From assembly GCA_963827685.1 (NCBI GenBank), contig CAWHBU010000002.1:288001-352000 (forward strand): 64,000 nt of DNA, given 5' to 3'. Made by a program: the position numbers and the translations under genes. The notes under the pieces were generated by a model. That model saw nothing but the letters and a program-made list of their open reading frames with translations, searched no databases and was not told the origin of the DNA. The stretch is from an uncultured delta proteobacterium (GTDB taxonomy: Bacteria; Desulfobacterota; BSN033; UBA1163). Positions 8,905-18,462 of this stretch are shown here, in pieces (positions within the stretch are counted from its first letter, which is position 1; every line of letters starts with the position of its first letter).

Positions 8905-10881
8905 ATGTGTGGCATCGCCGGAATTATTGATTTTGGCTCCTCCGAGCCAAAAGAACAACTCCTTCGTCGTATGCTGGGGTTTATCCGTCATCGTGGCCCC
9001 GATGCATTCGGCATTTATACAGATCGGATTGCGGGAATAGCCTCCGCTCGGCTGAGTATTATCGACCTTAGTGGTGGAGACCAGCCCATTCATAATGAAG
9101 ATCAATCCATTTGGGTCGTTTATAATGGAGAGATCTTTAACTACCCAGAGATTCGGCAGGATCTGGAGGCTCGAGGTCATAGATTCTACACTCGATCCGA
9201 TACGGAAGTCTTGGTCCACTTGTACGAAGACGAAGGCCCGGAGCTTTTCAAAAATCTTAACGGCCAGTTTGCCTTCGCTCTATGGGATAAGTCAAAGGAA
9301 TGTTTACTTCTTGGTCGCGATCGCATTGGCATTCGCCCCCTTTTTTATTATCTGGAAAATGACCGTCTGGTTTTTGGTTCGGAGGTGAAGGCTATATTTG
9401 CAGACGCAAGGGTTCCCAGATCCCTCGATTTCCAAACCTTATCAGACGTATTTACCTGTTGGGCGCCCTTGGGACATCTCACAGCTTATCAAAGAGTTTA
9501 TCAACTCCTCCCAGGGCATTATGCACTGTTCTCACGTCAGGGAATGGTTACCCGTCCTTACTGGCAACTCTCCTTTTCAGAATCATACGATAATGGGGCT
9601 CGTTCCCTGGGTGAATGGACTGATGAATTGGCAGCACTCTTGTGCGACGCTACCAGAATTCGTCTTCGCGCAGATGTCCCTGTAGGATCTTATCTTAGCG
9701 GTGGACTGGATAGTACCTATATTACTTCTCTTGTAAAACGGTTTTTTAATAATAAACTCTGCACCTTTTCGGTTAGTTTTACAAACAGTCGTTTCGATGA
9801 AGCCTCATATCAGGAGAAGGCTGTTCGGTCCCTACAGACCGACCATCAAACCATTCGTTGTACGGAGAAAGATATCGGAGAAGTTTTTCCTCAGGTCGTA
9901 TGGCACACCGAAGCACCCATTCTTCGCACAGCGCCAGCTCCTCTGTTTATGCTTTCCAAATTGGTTCGAGAAAACAACTTTAAAGTAGTTCTTACGGGGG
10001 AAGGATCCGACGAAATCTTCGCTGGTTATGATATATTTAAGGAAGATCGAGTACGGCGTTTCTGGGCTCGGAAGCCAGAATCCCGAATGCGCCCAAAGCT
10101 TCTCAGAAGACTCTATCCTGACGTATTTCGCAAAGAGGATTCCCGGGCGGGAGCATTTCTTGAGGGCTTCTTCAGGAGGGGGCTTGACCAGGTGAATTCT
10201 CCAGCTTATTCTCACATGATTCGCTGGGAGAATGCTAACTTCATAAAGACGTTTTTTGCCGATGAACTACAAAAAAGGATTGGATATGAAGATGGTTTTG
10301 TCAACCGATTTATATCTATGCTTCCTCAAGACTTTTTGAAGTGGGATCCACTTTCAAGGGCTCAATATGTGGAGATTTCCATTTTCCTTTCGAACTACTT
10401 GCTCTCCTCTCAGGGAGACCGCGTAGCGATGGCACACTCCGTAGAGGGGCGGGTACCTTTTCTTGATTATCGGGTCATTGAGTTTGCATGCAAGGTTCCC
10501 CCGCGATTTCGTTTGAACGGTCTTAAAGACAAGTATATCTTACGTAAAGCCGCCCATAACCTTATTCCAGCAGGAATGGACAATAGGCCAAAACAACCCT
10601 ATCGTGCACCCATCAGCCAATGTTTTTTGGGAAATCATAATCATGATTATGTAGAGGAACTACTTTCAGAAGGTGCGCTTCGGCAAACTGGATATTTTCA
10701 CCCAGGCAAGGTAGCAAAACTTTTGGAGAAATGCCGGAAACAGGAAGGATACCTGCTGAGCGAGCGCGAAAACATGGCGCTGGTTGGAATTATTTCCACC
10801 CAGTTGTTGGATTATCAATTTGTTCGAAATTTTCTAAAGTACCCAATTCACGAACCAGAAATTGTTAAGACTTTCAGATAA
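8905..10881 (+). CDS. asnB: Asparagine synthase (glutamine-hydrolysing) family amidotransferase
   Basis: MCGIAG, HRGPD, RLSIID, NGEIFN, LSGGLDS, GEGSDE, EGRVPFLD. Confidence 0.92.
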   Translation: MCGIAGIIDFGSSEPKEQLLRRMLGFIRHRGPDAFGIYTDRIAGIASARLSIIDLSGGDQPIHNEDQSIWVVYNGEIFNYPEIRQDLEARGHRFYTRSDTEVLVHLYEDEGPELFKNLNGQFAFALWDKSKECLLLGRDRIGIRPLFYYLENDRLVFGSEVKAIFADARVPRSLDFQTLSDVFTCWAPLGHLTAYQRVYQLLPGHYALFSRQGMVTRPYWQLSFSESYDNGARSLGEWTDELAALLCDATRIRLRADVPVGSYLSGGLDSTYITSLVKRFFNNKLCTFSVSFTNSRFDEASYQEKAVRSLQTDHQTIRCTEKDIGEVFPQVVWHTEAPILRTAPAPLFMLSKLVRENNFKVVLTGEGSDEIFAGYDIFKEDRVRRFWARKPESRMRPKLLRRLYPDVFRKEDSRAGAFLEGFFRRGLDQVNSPAYSHMIRWENANFIKTFFADELQKRIGYEDGFVNRFISMLPQDFLKWDPLSRAQYVEISIFLSNYLLSSQGDRVAMAHSVEGRVPFLDYRVIEFACKVPPRFRLNGLKDKYILRKAAHNLIPAGMDNRPKQPYRAPISQCFLGNHNHDYVEELLSEGALRQTGYFHPGKVAKLLEKCRKQEGYLLSERENMALVGIISTQLLDYQFVRNFLKYPIHEPEIVKTFR

Positions 10882-10924
10882 ATAATGCAAAACGGATCCG
10901 TTGGAATGATAACGGCAGCCAACA

Positions 10925-11152
10925 GGACCCTCGAGCGCTTGAATCGTTGACGTCTTTAGAACACCTTACGCTTTATGTTTGACGTTCGTTATTGAATTTA
11001 CCATGCGCTCTGCTTCATGCATTGTTAAAGCGGCACCGCGGCACCGCCACACATATAAAATCACCTTAGCCCATCGGCTTGCGCCTTACGCATAACTTAG
11101 AAGACTCAATAACCCAATAAACCCAATGACCCAATCAACTCAATAAACCCAT
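10925..11152. repeat. Intergenic stack of several repeat families (ttgaatc, ccttacg, ccatgcg, gcggcacc and the 9-mer)
   Basis: gaccctcgagcgcttgaatcgttgacg; ccatgcgctctgcttcatgc; gcggcaccgcggcaccgcc; cttgcgccttacg; aacccaata aacccaatg acccaatc aactcaata. Confidence 0.7.
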
Positions 11153-11165
11153 AGTGGAGTTAACC

Positions 11166-12809
11166 ATGCCAGAATATTCATCTACTCCCACAGGTGAAAA
11201 ATTTCCATTACCGGAGTCGGGAGACTACATTAAAGAGTTCGAGCGATTACGAGAAATGGCAAATAGCCAACGTGCTTTAGGCCGGGAGATCGTTTTAGTA
11301 ATGGGGTTGGGGTTTGTAGGGGCTGTTATGGCAGCTGTGATTGCTGACGCAGAAGATAAGAAAGGCAATCCTACAAAGTTCGTTATTGGGATGCAGCGGC
11401 CAAGCCCTCGGAGTTATTGGAAGACACCTTTGCTTAATCGTGGAATATCACCGGTGAGTTCGGAAGATCCTGAGGTTCCATTGATGATCAACCGCTGTGT
11501 CAATGAAAAAAAGACGCTGATGGCTACGTACACATACGATGCGCTCAAGCTTGCAGATATAGTGGTGGTGGATGTTCAATGCGATTATTTAAAAGAATCG
11601 CTTGGGAATGTGAAGGATGGTCGGGCAGGTATGGAGGCATTAGAGGAGTCTTTGGAGATCATAGGGCAACATATCAATCCGGAGACGTTGGTTTTGATCG
11701 AGACAACTGTGGCTCCGGGTACAACAGAACAGGTGGCGTACCCGATCATAAAAAAGATGTTTCGGAAACGTGGCATCGAAAAAGACCCGCTCCTCGCCCA
11801 CAGCTTTGAACGGGTAATGCCAGGGAGAAATTATGTATCGAGCATCCGCGATTTCTGGAGGGTATGCAGTGGAGTAAATGAAGAATCCACGCGGAGAGTT
11901 GCCAAGTTCTTGAACGAAGTGCTGAATACGGAGAAGTTTCCATTGACAGTACTCGATAGACCTATCGAGTCTGAGACAGCCAAAATCGTTGAGAATAGCT
12001 TTCGGGCAACGATTCTTGCTTTTCTCGACGAGTGGAGCCTTTTTGCAGAACAAAATGGTGTGGACTTAATCAAGGTGATCAATGCAATCAAGGTCCGCCC
12101 TACACATAGCAATATCATATTTCCGGGGCCGGGCATTGGTGGTTACTGCCTTCCTAAAGATGGTGGCTTAGGTCTTTGGGCATACCGACATATCCACGGA
12201 TTTGAGGATAATATTTTTAAAATGACACCACTTGCGATCGATATTAATGATACCAGGTCACTTCATGTGGCACAACTTGCCCGTGATGCACTCAGGAACA
12301 TGGGGCGACCCATTGCATCCGCAGAGATTCTGGTGCTGGGAGCTTCTTATAGGGAAGATGTAGGAGATACAAGATACAGCGGCTCTGAGTTGATCGTCAG
12401 GCGGTTGACAGAAATGGGAGCAGAATTGAGGGTTCACGATCCTTATGTGCTCCACTGGTGGGAATTTGAAAAACAGGATGAGTATCCTGTCTCTTCACAT
12501 AGTTTGAAGAGATTTTTCCGTGGCCAGGAGAAACTAAAAGATCTTCGGGTAGAACAGGATGTGAAAAAGGCATTGCGTGGTACGGACGCGGTCATTCTTG
12601 CGGTAAGGCACAAACATTACTTGGATCTTGATCCGGACGATGTGGTGAAAAGCGCAGGCGGGTCGATAGCCGTGATTGACTGTTTCGGTATCCTCGATGA
12701 CAAAAAGATAAGACGCTACTTCGAACTTGGATGTGAGGTCAAAGGTCTAGGCCGGGGGCACGTAAAACGAATCAAGGATCAAGTGCAGAGGGAAAAGAGT
12801 AACAAGTGA
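11166..12809 (+). CDS. Nucleotide-sugar dehydrogenase (UDP-glucose/GDP-mannose dehydrogenase family)
   Basis: GLGFVG, ETTVAPGTT, ERVMPG, GPGIGGYCLPKD, DTRYS. Confidence 0.88.
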   Translation: MPEYSSTPTGEKFPLPESGDYIKEFERLREMANSQRALGREIVLVMGLGFVGAVMAAVIADAEDKKGNPTKFVIGMQRPSPRSYWKTPLLNRGISPVSSEDPEVPLMINRCVNEKKTLMATYTYDALKLADIVVVDVQCDYLKESLGNVKDGRAGMEALEESLEIIGQHINPETLVLIETTVAPGTTEQVAYPIIKKMFRKRGIEKDPLLAHSFERVMPGRNYVSSIRDFWRVCSGVNEESTRRVAKFLNEVLNTEKFPLTVLDRPIESETAKIVENSFRATILAFLDEWSLFAEQNGVDLIKVINAIKVRPTHSNIIFPGPGIGGYCLPKDGGLGLWAYRHIHGFEDNIFKMTPLAIDINDTRSLHVAQLARDALRNMGRPIASAEILVLGASYREDVGDTRYSGSELIVRRLTEMGAELRVHDPYVLHWWEFEKQDEYPVSSHSLKRFFRGQEKLKDLRVEQDVKKALRGTDAVILAVRHKHYLDLDPDDVVKSAGGSIAVIDCFGILDDKKIRRYFELGCEVKGLGRGHVKRIKDQVQREKSNK

Positions 12810-12901
12810 CGAATAAAAAGTGATGAGTGACGAGAATTAAGAAATTGATTAATAACTCATTCACATGATAACTTGATAACCCAGAGAACCCAAAGAACCC
12901 A

Positions 12902-14386
12902 ATGAACCCAGATACTCGAAAAACCAAAATACTCAGTGATGTTTATGCTGTCATCCTTGCGGGTGGGTCTGGGACAAGGTTTTGGCCTCTAAGCAGGGAG
13001 ACTCGTCCCAAACAAATGCTTCAGATTGTGGGAGAAGACACCTTGCTTCGGCAGACCGTTAATCGTATCGATGGATTAGTCCCCCCAGAGAATATCTGGA
13101 TTGTGACAACAGAAGACATGGCTTTAGATATTCGTTTCCATTTGGAATCATTTGGAGAATTAGCAAAGAAGATTAAATTTATCAAAGAACCTATAGCGAA
13201 AAACACAGCTCCAGCAATTGGTTTGGCTGGTATTTATCTCAATCATTTATTCCCTCAATCGGTGATGATTGTGATGCCTTCTGATCATGCCATTCCTGAT
13301 AGAGAAAAGTTCTTAAGTGACTTAAAACTCGCAATCCAAGGGGCGAGAGAAGATCATCTTGTGACTTTTGGAATCAAGCCGAGCCGGCCTGAAACTGGTT
13401 ACGGATATATCAAGGTTGAGAACGCTTCAAATATCGAGAAAAAAGGTCTTCGCAAGGTTGAATGCTTTGCTGAAAAACCTGACCTTGAAACTGCAAAGAA
13501 GTACCTTTCTAATGGGAGCTATTACTGGAACTCTGGGATCTTCATCTGGAAGACCTCCAAAATCCTCTCCGAAATCGAAAAATATCTTCCCGACCTTTAC
13601 AAGGGTTTAAAAGAAATGGAGTCGCTTCTGTTTGAACCCAATCAACCCAATAAACCCAACGAGCCCAATAAACTCAATAAACTCAAGGAACTCTATTCTC
13701 ATTTGGAGTCCATTTCTATCGATAAAGGCATCATGGAGCGCAGTCGTAACATCCTAATGGTTCCTGCCACTTTTCAGTGGTCTGATTTGGGGAGTTGGAG
13801 CGCTCTGGATGAAATCATTGAAAAAGATAAAGAGGGAAATATCCTCAAGGGGAATACAATTGATATCGGGAGCCAGAACTCAACTATCTATGGAGGCGAC
13901 AGACTCATTGCCACTATTGGGCTTAAGGATATGGTAGTGGTAGATACTCCTGATGCGACTTTGGTAACTCCAAAGGAGAGGGTCCAGGAGGTTAGAAAGA
14001 TTGTTGAGATATTAAAACGGAATGGTCGAGAAGAGCATCTGCTACATAAGACGGTTGAAAGACCCTGGGGGAGCTATACGGTGTTGGAAAAGGGACAGGG
14101 ATATAAAATCAAGAGAGTTGTTTTGAAGCCCGGAGCCAGATTGAGTCTTCAACTCCACAAGAAAAGAAGTGAGCACTGGGTCGTAGTAACGGGAACAGCC
14201 AGAGTAACGAAAGAAAATGAGACATACCTGGTTCATATCAATGAAAGCACTTACATTCCTGTAAACACTAAGCACCGTTTAGAAAATCCTGGGGAAGTTC
14301 TCCTCCAGATCATCGAAGTTCAAAACGGAGAATATCTCGAAGAAGATGATATAGAGCGCTTCGACGACGACTATGGTAGAATTTAG
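12902..14386 (+). CDS. manC: Mannose-1-phosphate guanylyltransferase / mannose-6-phosphate isomerase, with an in-frame 9-mer repeat insertion
   Basis: ILAGGSGTRFWPLSR, WNSGIF, WSDLGSW, and a C-terminal cupin RPWG...LSLQLH..RSEHW. Confidence 0.93.
   Translation: MNPDTRKTKILSDVYAVILAGGSGTRFWPLSRETRPKQMLQIVGEDTLLRQTVNRIDGLVPPENIWIVTTEDMALDIRFHLESFGELAKKIKFIKEPIAKNTAPAIGLAGIYLNHLFPQSVMIVMPSDHAIPDREKFLSDLKLAIQGAREDHLVTFGIKPSRPETGYGYIKVENASNIEKKGLRKVECFAEKPDLETAKKYLSNGSYYWNSGIFIWKTSKILSEIEKYLPDLYKGLKEMESLLFEPNQPNKPNEPNKLNKLKELYSHLESISIDKGIMERSRNILMVPATFQWSDLGSWSALDEIIEKDKEGNILKGNTIDIGSQNSTIYGGDRLIATIGLKDMVVVDTPDATLVTPKERVQEVRKIVEILKRNGREEHLLHKTVERPWGSYTVLEKGQGYKIKRVVLKPGARLSLQLHKKRSEHWVVVTGTARVTKENETYLVHINESTYIPVNTKHRLENPGEVLLQIIEVQNGEYLEEDDIERFDDDYGRI
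13635..13697 (+). repeat. In-frame 9-nt tandem array inside manC (EPNQPNKPNEPNKLNKL)
   Basis: aacccaatc aacccaata aacccaacg agcccaata aactcaata aactcaagg. Confidence 0.9.
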
Positions 14387-14480
14387 CACTTAACACAGCT
14401 GCAAAGTGGCGCAGCAGCACCGCAACACTGCGGCGCTTGGTATAACCCCTTACTCCTTACGACCTACGCTTTACGTATTT

Positions 14481-15407
14481 ATGAATAAAACTATTCTCCT
14501 AACCATCGACGTAGAAGATTGGTTCCAGGTAGAAAACTTCAAGGAACACATTCCATTTTCTTCCTGGCCGGAGTGTGAACTGCGCGTCGAAAAAAATGTC
14601 CATAAGATCCTCGATCTTCTCGACTCCATTAAACTCAATAGCTCAATAAACCCAATGGACCCAATAAACCCAATGAACCCAATAAACTCGATAAACCCCA
14701 AAGCAACCTTCTTCATTCTTGGCTGGATCGCAAAACGGTTGCCTCATCTTGTCCGTGAAATTCAAGCCCGGGATCATGAGGTTGCCTCCCATGGATATGA
14801 GCATAAACTTTGCAGAGACCAATCAGTGGATGATCTGAAAAAAGATTTGGTTAAAAGCAAGAAACTTCTTGAGGATTTGATTGGAAATCCCATTTACGGC
14901 TATCGCGCCCCCAGTTTTTCTATCGATAATGGTATCCTGAAAATAGTGGAGGAAGCGGGCTATTCTTATGATTCAAGTTTTAATTCTTTCAAGCTGAATA
15001 GACGATATGGACAAATCAGTCTAACAAATAATGGGAATAATGGGATTTATCATCAAATTTCTGAAAAGTTTTACGAGCTTCCAATCAGCAATCTAAAAAT
15101 TGGAAATCAGGTGATCCCGTGGGGAGGCGGAGGATACTTTCGGCTAATGCCTTTGCCGCTGTTCAAACGAGGAGTTGAGAAAATACTCAAGAAAAAGGGA
15201 GCTTACCTTTTTTACTTGCATCCCTGGGAGATTGACTCTGATCAACCCAAGATTTCGGAGATCGCTCGATCTTTTAAATTCAGACACTATTTGAACCTCG
15301 ATAAAACATACAGAAAGTTATCTATGCTTCTGAAATCATTCAAAGGGTGTCGTTTTCCAACTTGCATGGAGTTTCTTCGAGGTATCCATGAACCAACACC
15401 CAACTAA
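14481..15407 (+). CDS. Polysaccharide deacetylase, PEP-CTERM-locus subfamily (DUF3473), with an in-frame repeat insertion
   Basis: TIDVEDWFQ, ATFFILGW, HEVASHG, GYRAPSFS, GGGYFR, YLHPWE. Start inferred at MNKTILL. Confidence 0.9.
   Translation: MNKTILLTIDVEDWFQVENFKEHIPFSSWPECELRVEKNVHKILDLLDSIKLNSSINPMDPINPMNPINSINPKATFFILGWIAKRLPHLVREIQARDHEVASHGYEHKLCRDQSVDDLKKDLVKSKKLLEDLIGNPIYGYRAPSFSIDNGILKIVEEAGYSYDSSFNSFKLNRRYGQISLTNNGNNGIYHQISEKFYELPISNLKIGNQVIPWGGGGYFRLMPLPLFKRGVEKILKKKGAYLFYLHPWEIDSDQPKISEIARSFKFRHYLNLDKTYRKLSMLLKSFKGCRFPTCMEFLRGIHEPTPN
14622..14703 (+). repeat. In-frame 9-nt tandem array inside the deacetylase (SINPMDPINPMNPINSINP)
   Basis: aacccaatg gacccaata aacccaatg aacccaata aactcgata. 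Confidence 0.9.
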
Positions 15408-15560
15408 CCCGATAAACTAAAGTAACCCAATGAAACCATTGAACCGCAGCACCGCAGTACAGCAGCACATAATAACTTATTCACTTAATAACTTGACAAC
15501 CCAATGAACCCAAGCAACCCAATCAACTCCAGTAACTCAACAAACTCAATAGACCCGACA
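15390..15560. repeat. Intergenic stack of 9-mer and 8-mer (gcagcacc) repeats
   Basis: aacccgata aactaaagt aacccaatg; ccgcagcaccgcagtacagcagcac; aacccaatg aacccaagc aacccaatc aactccagt aactcaaca aactcaata. Confidence 0.8.
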
Positions 15561-17126
15561 ATGACTTTAATACATCATTTTCTCGAACGGAGCGCTAATC
15601 TTTTCCCTAACAAGACCGCTCTTGTTCACGGCAATGTAAGGGCTACCTACAACCAGATAAACAACCGGGCAAATAACCTTGCTGTTCACTTAATCGAAAA
15701 TGGACTTACTCCGGGTGACAGGGTTGCGCTCCTCATGGAGAACTGCCTTGAATACGTCATCAGCTATTACGGAATATTGAAAGCCGGGGCAGTTGTAGCT
15801 CCACTCAACAGCGACTTGAAATCGGAAGGGCTAAGAGCAATTCTAACCGAACTTGAGGCCAAGTGTGTTATCTCATCATCAAGATGGGAGAAGCTTTTGC
15901 AGGAGGTGGACTTGGCAGCATGTGGTATTCAAGAACTAATCTTGAGAGCCCCTAAGCTAAAATGGTCATCAGCACCATACGTGGTGAGCGACTTGGATAG
16001 CCTGTCTGAAGCTCGGCAAACACGAAATCCGGATATCCAAATTCAGGAAAGCGATCTGGCAAGCATCGTTTATACATCCGGGTCTACTGGTGGCCCCAAA
16101 GGGGTTATGTTATCTCAACAGAATGTTGTTCACAATACCTTCTCCATCTGTGAATACCTCCATCTTACCCACGAGGACATACAGATGGTTGTTTTACCCT
16201 TTTTTTACGTGATGGGGAAATCGCTTCTAAATACCCATTTTGCAGTGGGCGGATCTATTGTGATCAATAACAAGTTTGCCTTTCCAGCCACGGTCCTCAA
16301 CGAGATGATCTTGGAGAAGGTAACAGGATTATCGGGAGTACCATCGACATTTGCCTACCTTCTGCATCGCTCTCCTCTGGCTAATAGCCGCGATAAGCTG
16401 AGCTCACTCCGATATTGCAGTCAGGCAGGCGGACATATGTCGACGGCAATCAAAGAGGAGTTGAGGCGTGTTTTACCGACTCATACAGCGATTTACGTCA
16501 TGTACGGAGCGACTGAGGCTGCCGCCAGACTTTCCTACCTTGAGCCTTTACGGTTCGAGGGCAAGATGGACTCAATTGGAGAAGCTATACCTGGTGTCAC
16601 CCTGAAGGTTCTGAATGATAGTGGAGAAGAGGTTCCTGTAGGCCAGGTTGGTGAGCTGGTCGCAGCGGGAACCAATATTATGAAGGGCTACTGGAAGAAT
16701 CCGGAGGCTACGGCGAAGGTTTTGGTTGATGGATGGTATCATACTGGTGATCAGGCTTATCAGGATGAGGAAGGGTTTTTCTACCTCATGGGGAGGAAAG
16801 ACGATTTACTCAAAGTAGGCGGGCATCGTATTAATCCCCAGGAGATTGAAGATACACTTATGAAATCAGGAATGTTTATAGAAGCCGTGGTTGTGGATGT
16901 TCCCGACAAACTCCTTGGCAACAAGCTGGTCATCCTGGCGGTTCCAATAAATGGTGAGTGTAGCAAGAACAAGGTCCTCGTTTACTGTGCGGATAAATTA
17001 CCCAAATACAAAATGCCTTCTGATTTGAAATTCATGCGTACACTACCAAAGAAGACCAGTGGCAAGATCGACCGCAATTTCTGCCGTGACCTGTACAAGC
17101 AACTGCAACCAACTTACAGCGGATAG
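15561..17126 (+). CDS. AMP-forming acyl-CoA/acyl-ACP ligase (ANL superfamily)
   Basis: YTSGSTGGPKG, YGATE, HTGD, GRKDD, SGKIDR. The extra N-terminus called from 15504 is repeat-derived. Confidence 0.9.
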   Translation: MTLIHHFLERSANLFPNKTALVHGNVRATYNQINNRANNLAVHLIENGLTPGDRVALLMENCLEYVISYYGILKAGAVVAPLNSDLKSEGLRAILTELEAKCVISSSRWEKLLQEVDLAACGIQELILRAPKLKWSSAPYVVSDLDSLSEARQTRNPDIQIQESDLASIVYTSGSTGGPKGVMLSQQNVVHNTFSICEYLHLTHEDIQMVVLPFFYVMGKSLLNTHFAVGGSIVINNKFAFPATVLNEMILEKVTGLSGVPSTFAYLLHRSPLANSRDKLSSLRYCSQAGGHMSTAIKEELRRVLPTHTAIYVMYGATEAAARLSYLEPLRFEGKMDSIGEAIPGVTLKVLNDSGEEVPVGQVGELVAAGTNIMKGYWKNPEATAKVLVDGWYHTGDQAYQDEEGFFYLMGRKDDLLKVGGHRINPQEIEDTLMKSGMFIEAVVVDVPDKLLGNKLVILAVPINGECSKNKVLVYCADKLPKYKMPSDLKFMRTLPKKTSGKIDRNFCRDLYKQLQPTYSG

Positions 17127-17306
17127 CGCATAGCGGTTTTGATGGGCCACCCTATAGGATATAACTCAAAACTGGTCCCGTAAGAAGTGGTCAAATTTAG
17201 ATTCCATGATTCAAAGATGAACAGTCGCAATGTCCATGTATCGATTAAGATTCTCGATTACGCTATGCTCTGGCTATACGCTGCGCTCATCTGATGAGGT
17301 ATCCCA

Positions 17307-18158
17307 ATGAACTCAACAAACTCAATCAACCCAAGTAACTTAAAATTATTTACTATAAGCTTGATCATGTCAATCATCATCAGTTGTGGAGGAAAAATGG
17401 ACGAGAAGAAAAAGGTATTTCCGTCAATAAAGGACGTTCCGGAGGCTTCATGGAAGAAGCTTGCCGAGAAGCGCATTTATTTCGGCCACCAATCTGTGGG
17501 ATATAACATTCTTGACGGTATGAGAGACATCATGAAGGAAAATCAACAAATAATATTGAACATTGTCGAAACCAGTAACCCAGAAGACTTTAAAGCCCCG
17601 ATATTTGCCCACTCCCGGGTTGGAAAGAATGAAGATCCCAAATCAAAGTGCGATTCTTTTGCAGATATCATAGAAAAGGGACTTGGAAATAAAACAGACT
17701 TTGCCTTTTTTAAATTTTGTTTTGTAGATATTACAGTTGGAACGAATGTTGAAAAAGTTTTTAATGATTATAAGAGCACAATGTCTGCATTAAAACGAAA
17801 ATATCCTCAAGTAGTTTTTATTCATTTTACGAGTCCTCTTATGACGGTACAAACGGGTATAAAGGCCTTAATTAAAAAAATAATTGGAAGATCTATTGAT
17901 GGATACGATGAAAACATTAAAAGAAATCAATTTAACGAAATGCTAAGGAAAGAATATGAGGGAAAAGAGTTAGTATTCGATCTCGCGCAAATCGAATCAA
18001 CTTTTCCAGATGGGACGAGAGCAACCTTCAATAGAAATGGGAAGACGTATCTGAGATTGGTTTCAGACTATACAAATGATGGTGGCCATCTGAATGCTAA
18101 GGCTCGAAAAAAAGTAGCGGAGCTACTACTGATCCTACTAGCAAATATCTCAAGGTAA
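17307..18158 (+). CDS. Putative lipoprotein with SGNH/GDSL-like fold
   Basis: Lipobox-like IIISCGG, FGHQSVG and DGGHLN; start codon uncertain. Confidence 0.6.
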   Translation: MNSTNSINPSNLKLFTISLIMSIIISCGGKMDEKKKVFPSIKDVPEASWKKLAEKRIYFGHQSVGYNILDGMRDIMKENQQIILNIVETSNPEDFKAPIFAHSRVGKNEDPKSKCDSFADIIEKGLGNKTDFAFFKFCFVDITVGTNVEKVFNDYKSTMSALKRKYPQVVFIHFTSPLMTVQTGIKALIKKIIGRSIDGYDENIKRNQFNEMLRKEYEGKELVFDLAQIESTFPDGTRATFNRNGKTYLRLVSDYTNDGGHLNAKARKKVAELLLILLANISR

Positions 18159-18213
18159 TCGACAATTTTGTTTTTACTATCACCTATCAGCAATAAGCCA
18201 TAAGCCTGCTTGA

Positions 18214-18306
18214 TAACCCAATCAAACCGATTACCCCAAATAACCCTATGAACTTAACGAACTCGGTTAACCAAGAAACCCAACGACCCCAATAAACCCA
18301 GGCAAC
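18214..18306. repeat. Last 9-mer array of the 5' part of the cluster
   Basis: aacccaatc aaaccgatt accccaaat aaccctatg aacttaacg aactcggtt aaccaaga aacccaacg accccaata aacccaggc. Confidence 0.8.
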
Positions 18307-18462
18307 TCTTCTGCTCTTATTCTGATTACTGTTGACCCGGGGGATAGTTCCATGTGGAAATATTTCGGGAATGTATTCCATTTTCTTTGTGGGCATTTTG
18401 TGAAAGCCAAGCACTTTATTAGATATTATTATTCCGTTTTCCTGGATTATGTTCGAGGATAA

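Noticed and set aside
14406-14480. N-terminal extensions of ORFs 14406, 15504, 2841 and 56970
   Set aside because: They are translations of repeat or hairpin DNA upstream of the family-typical starts.
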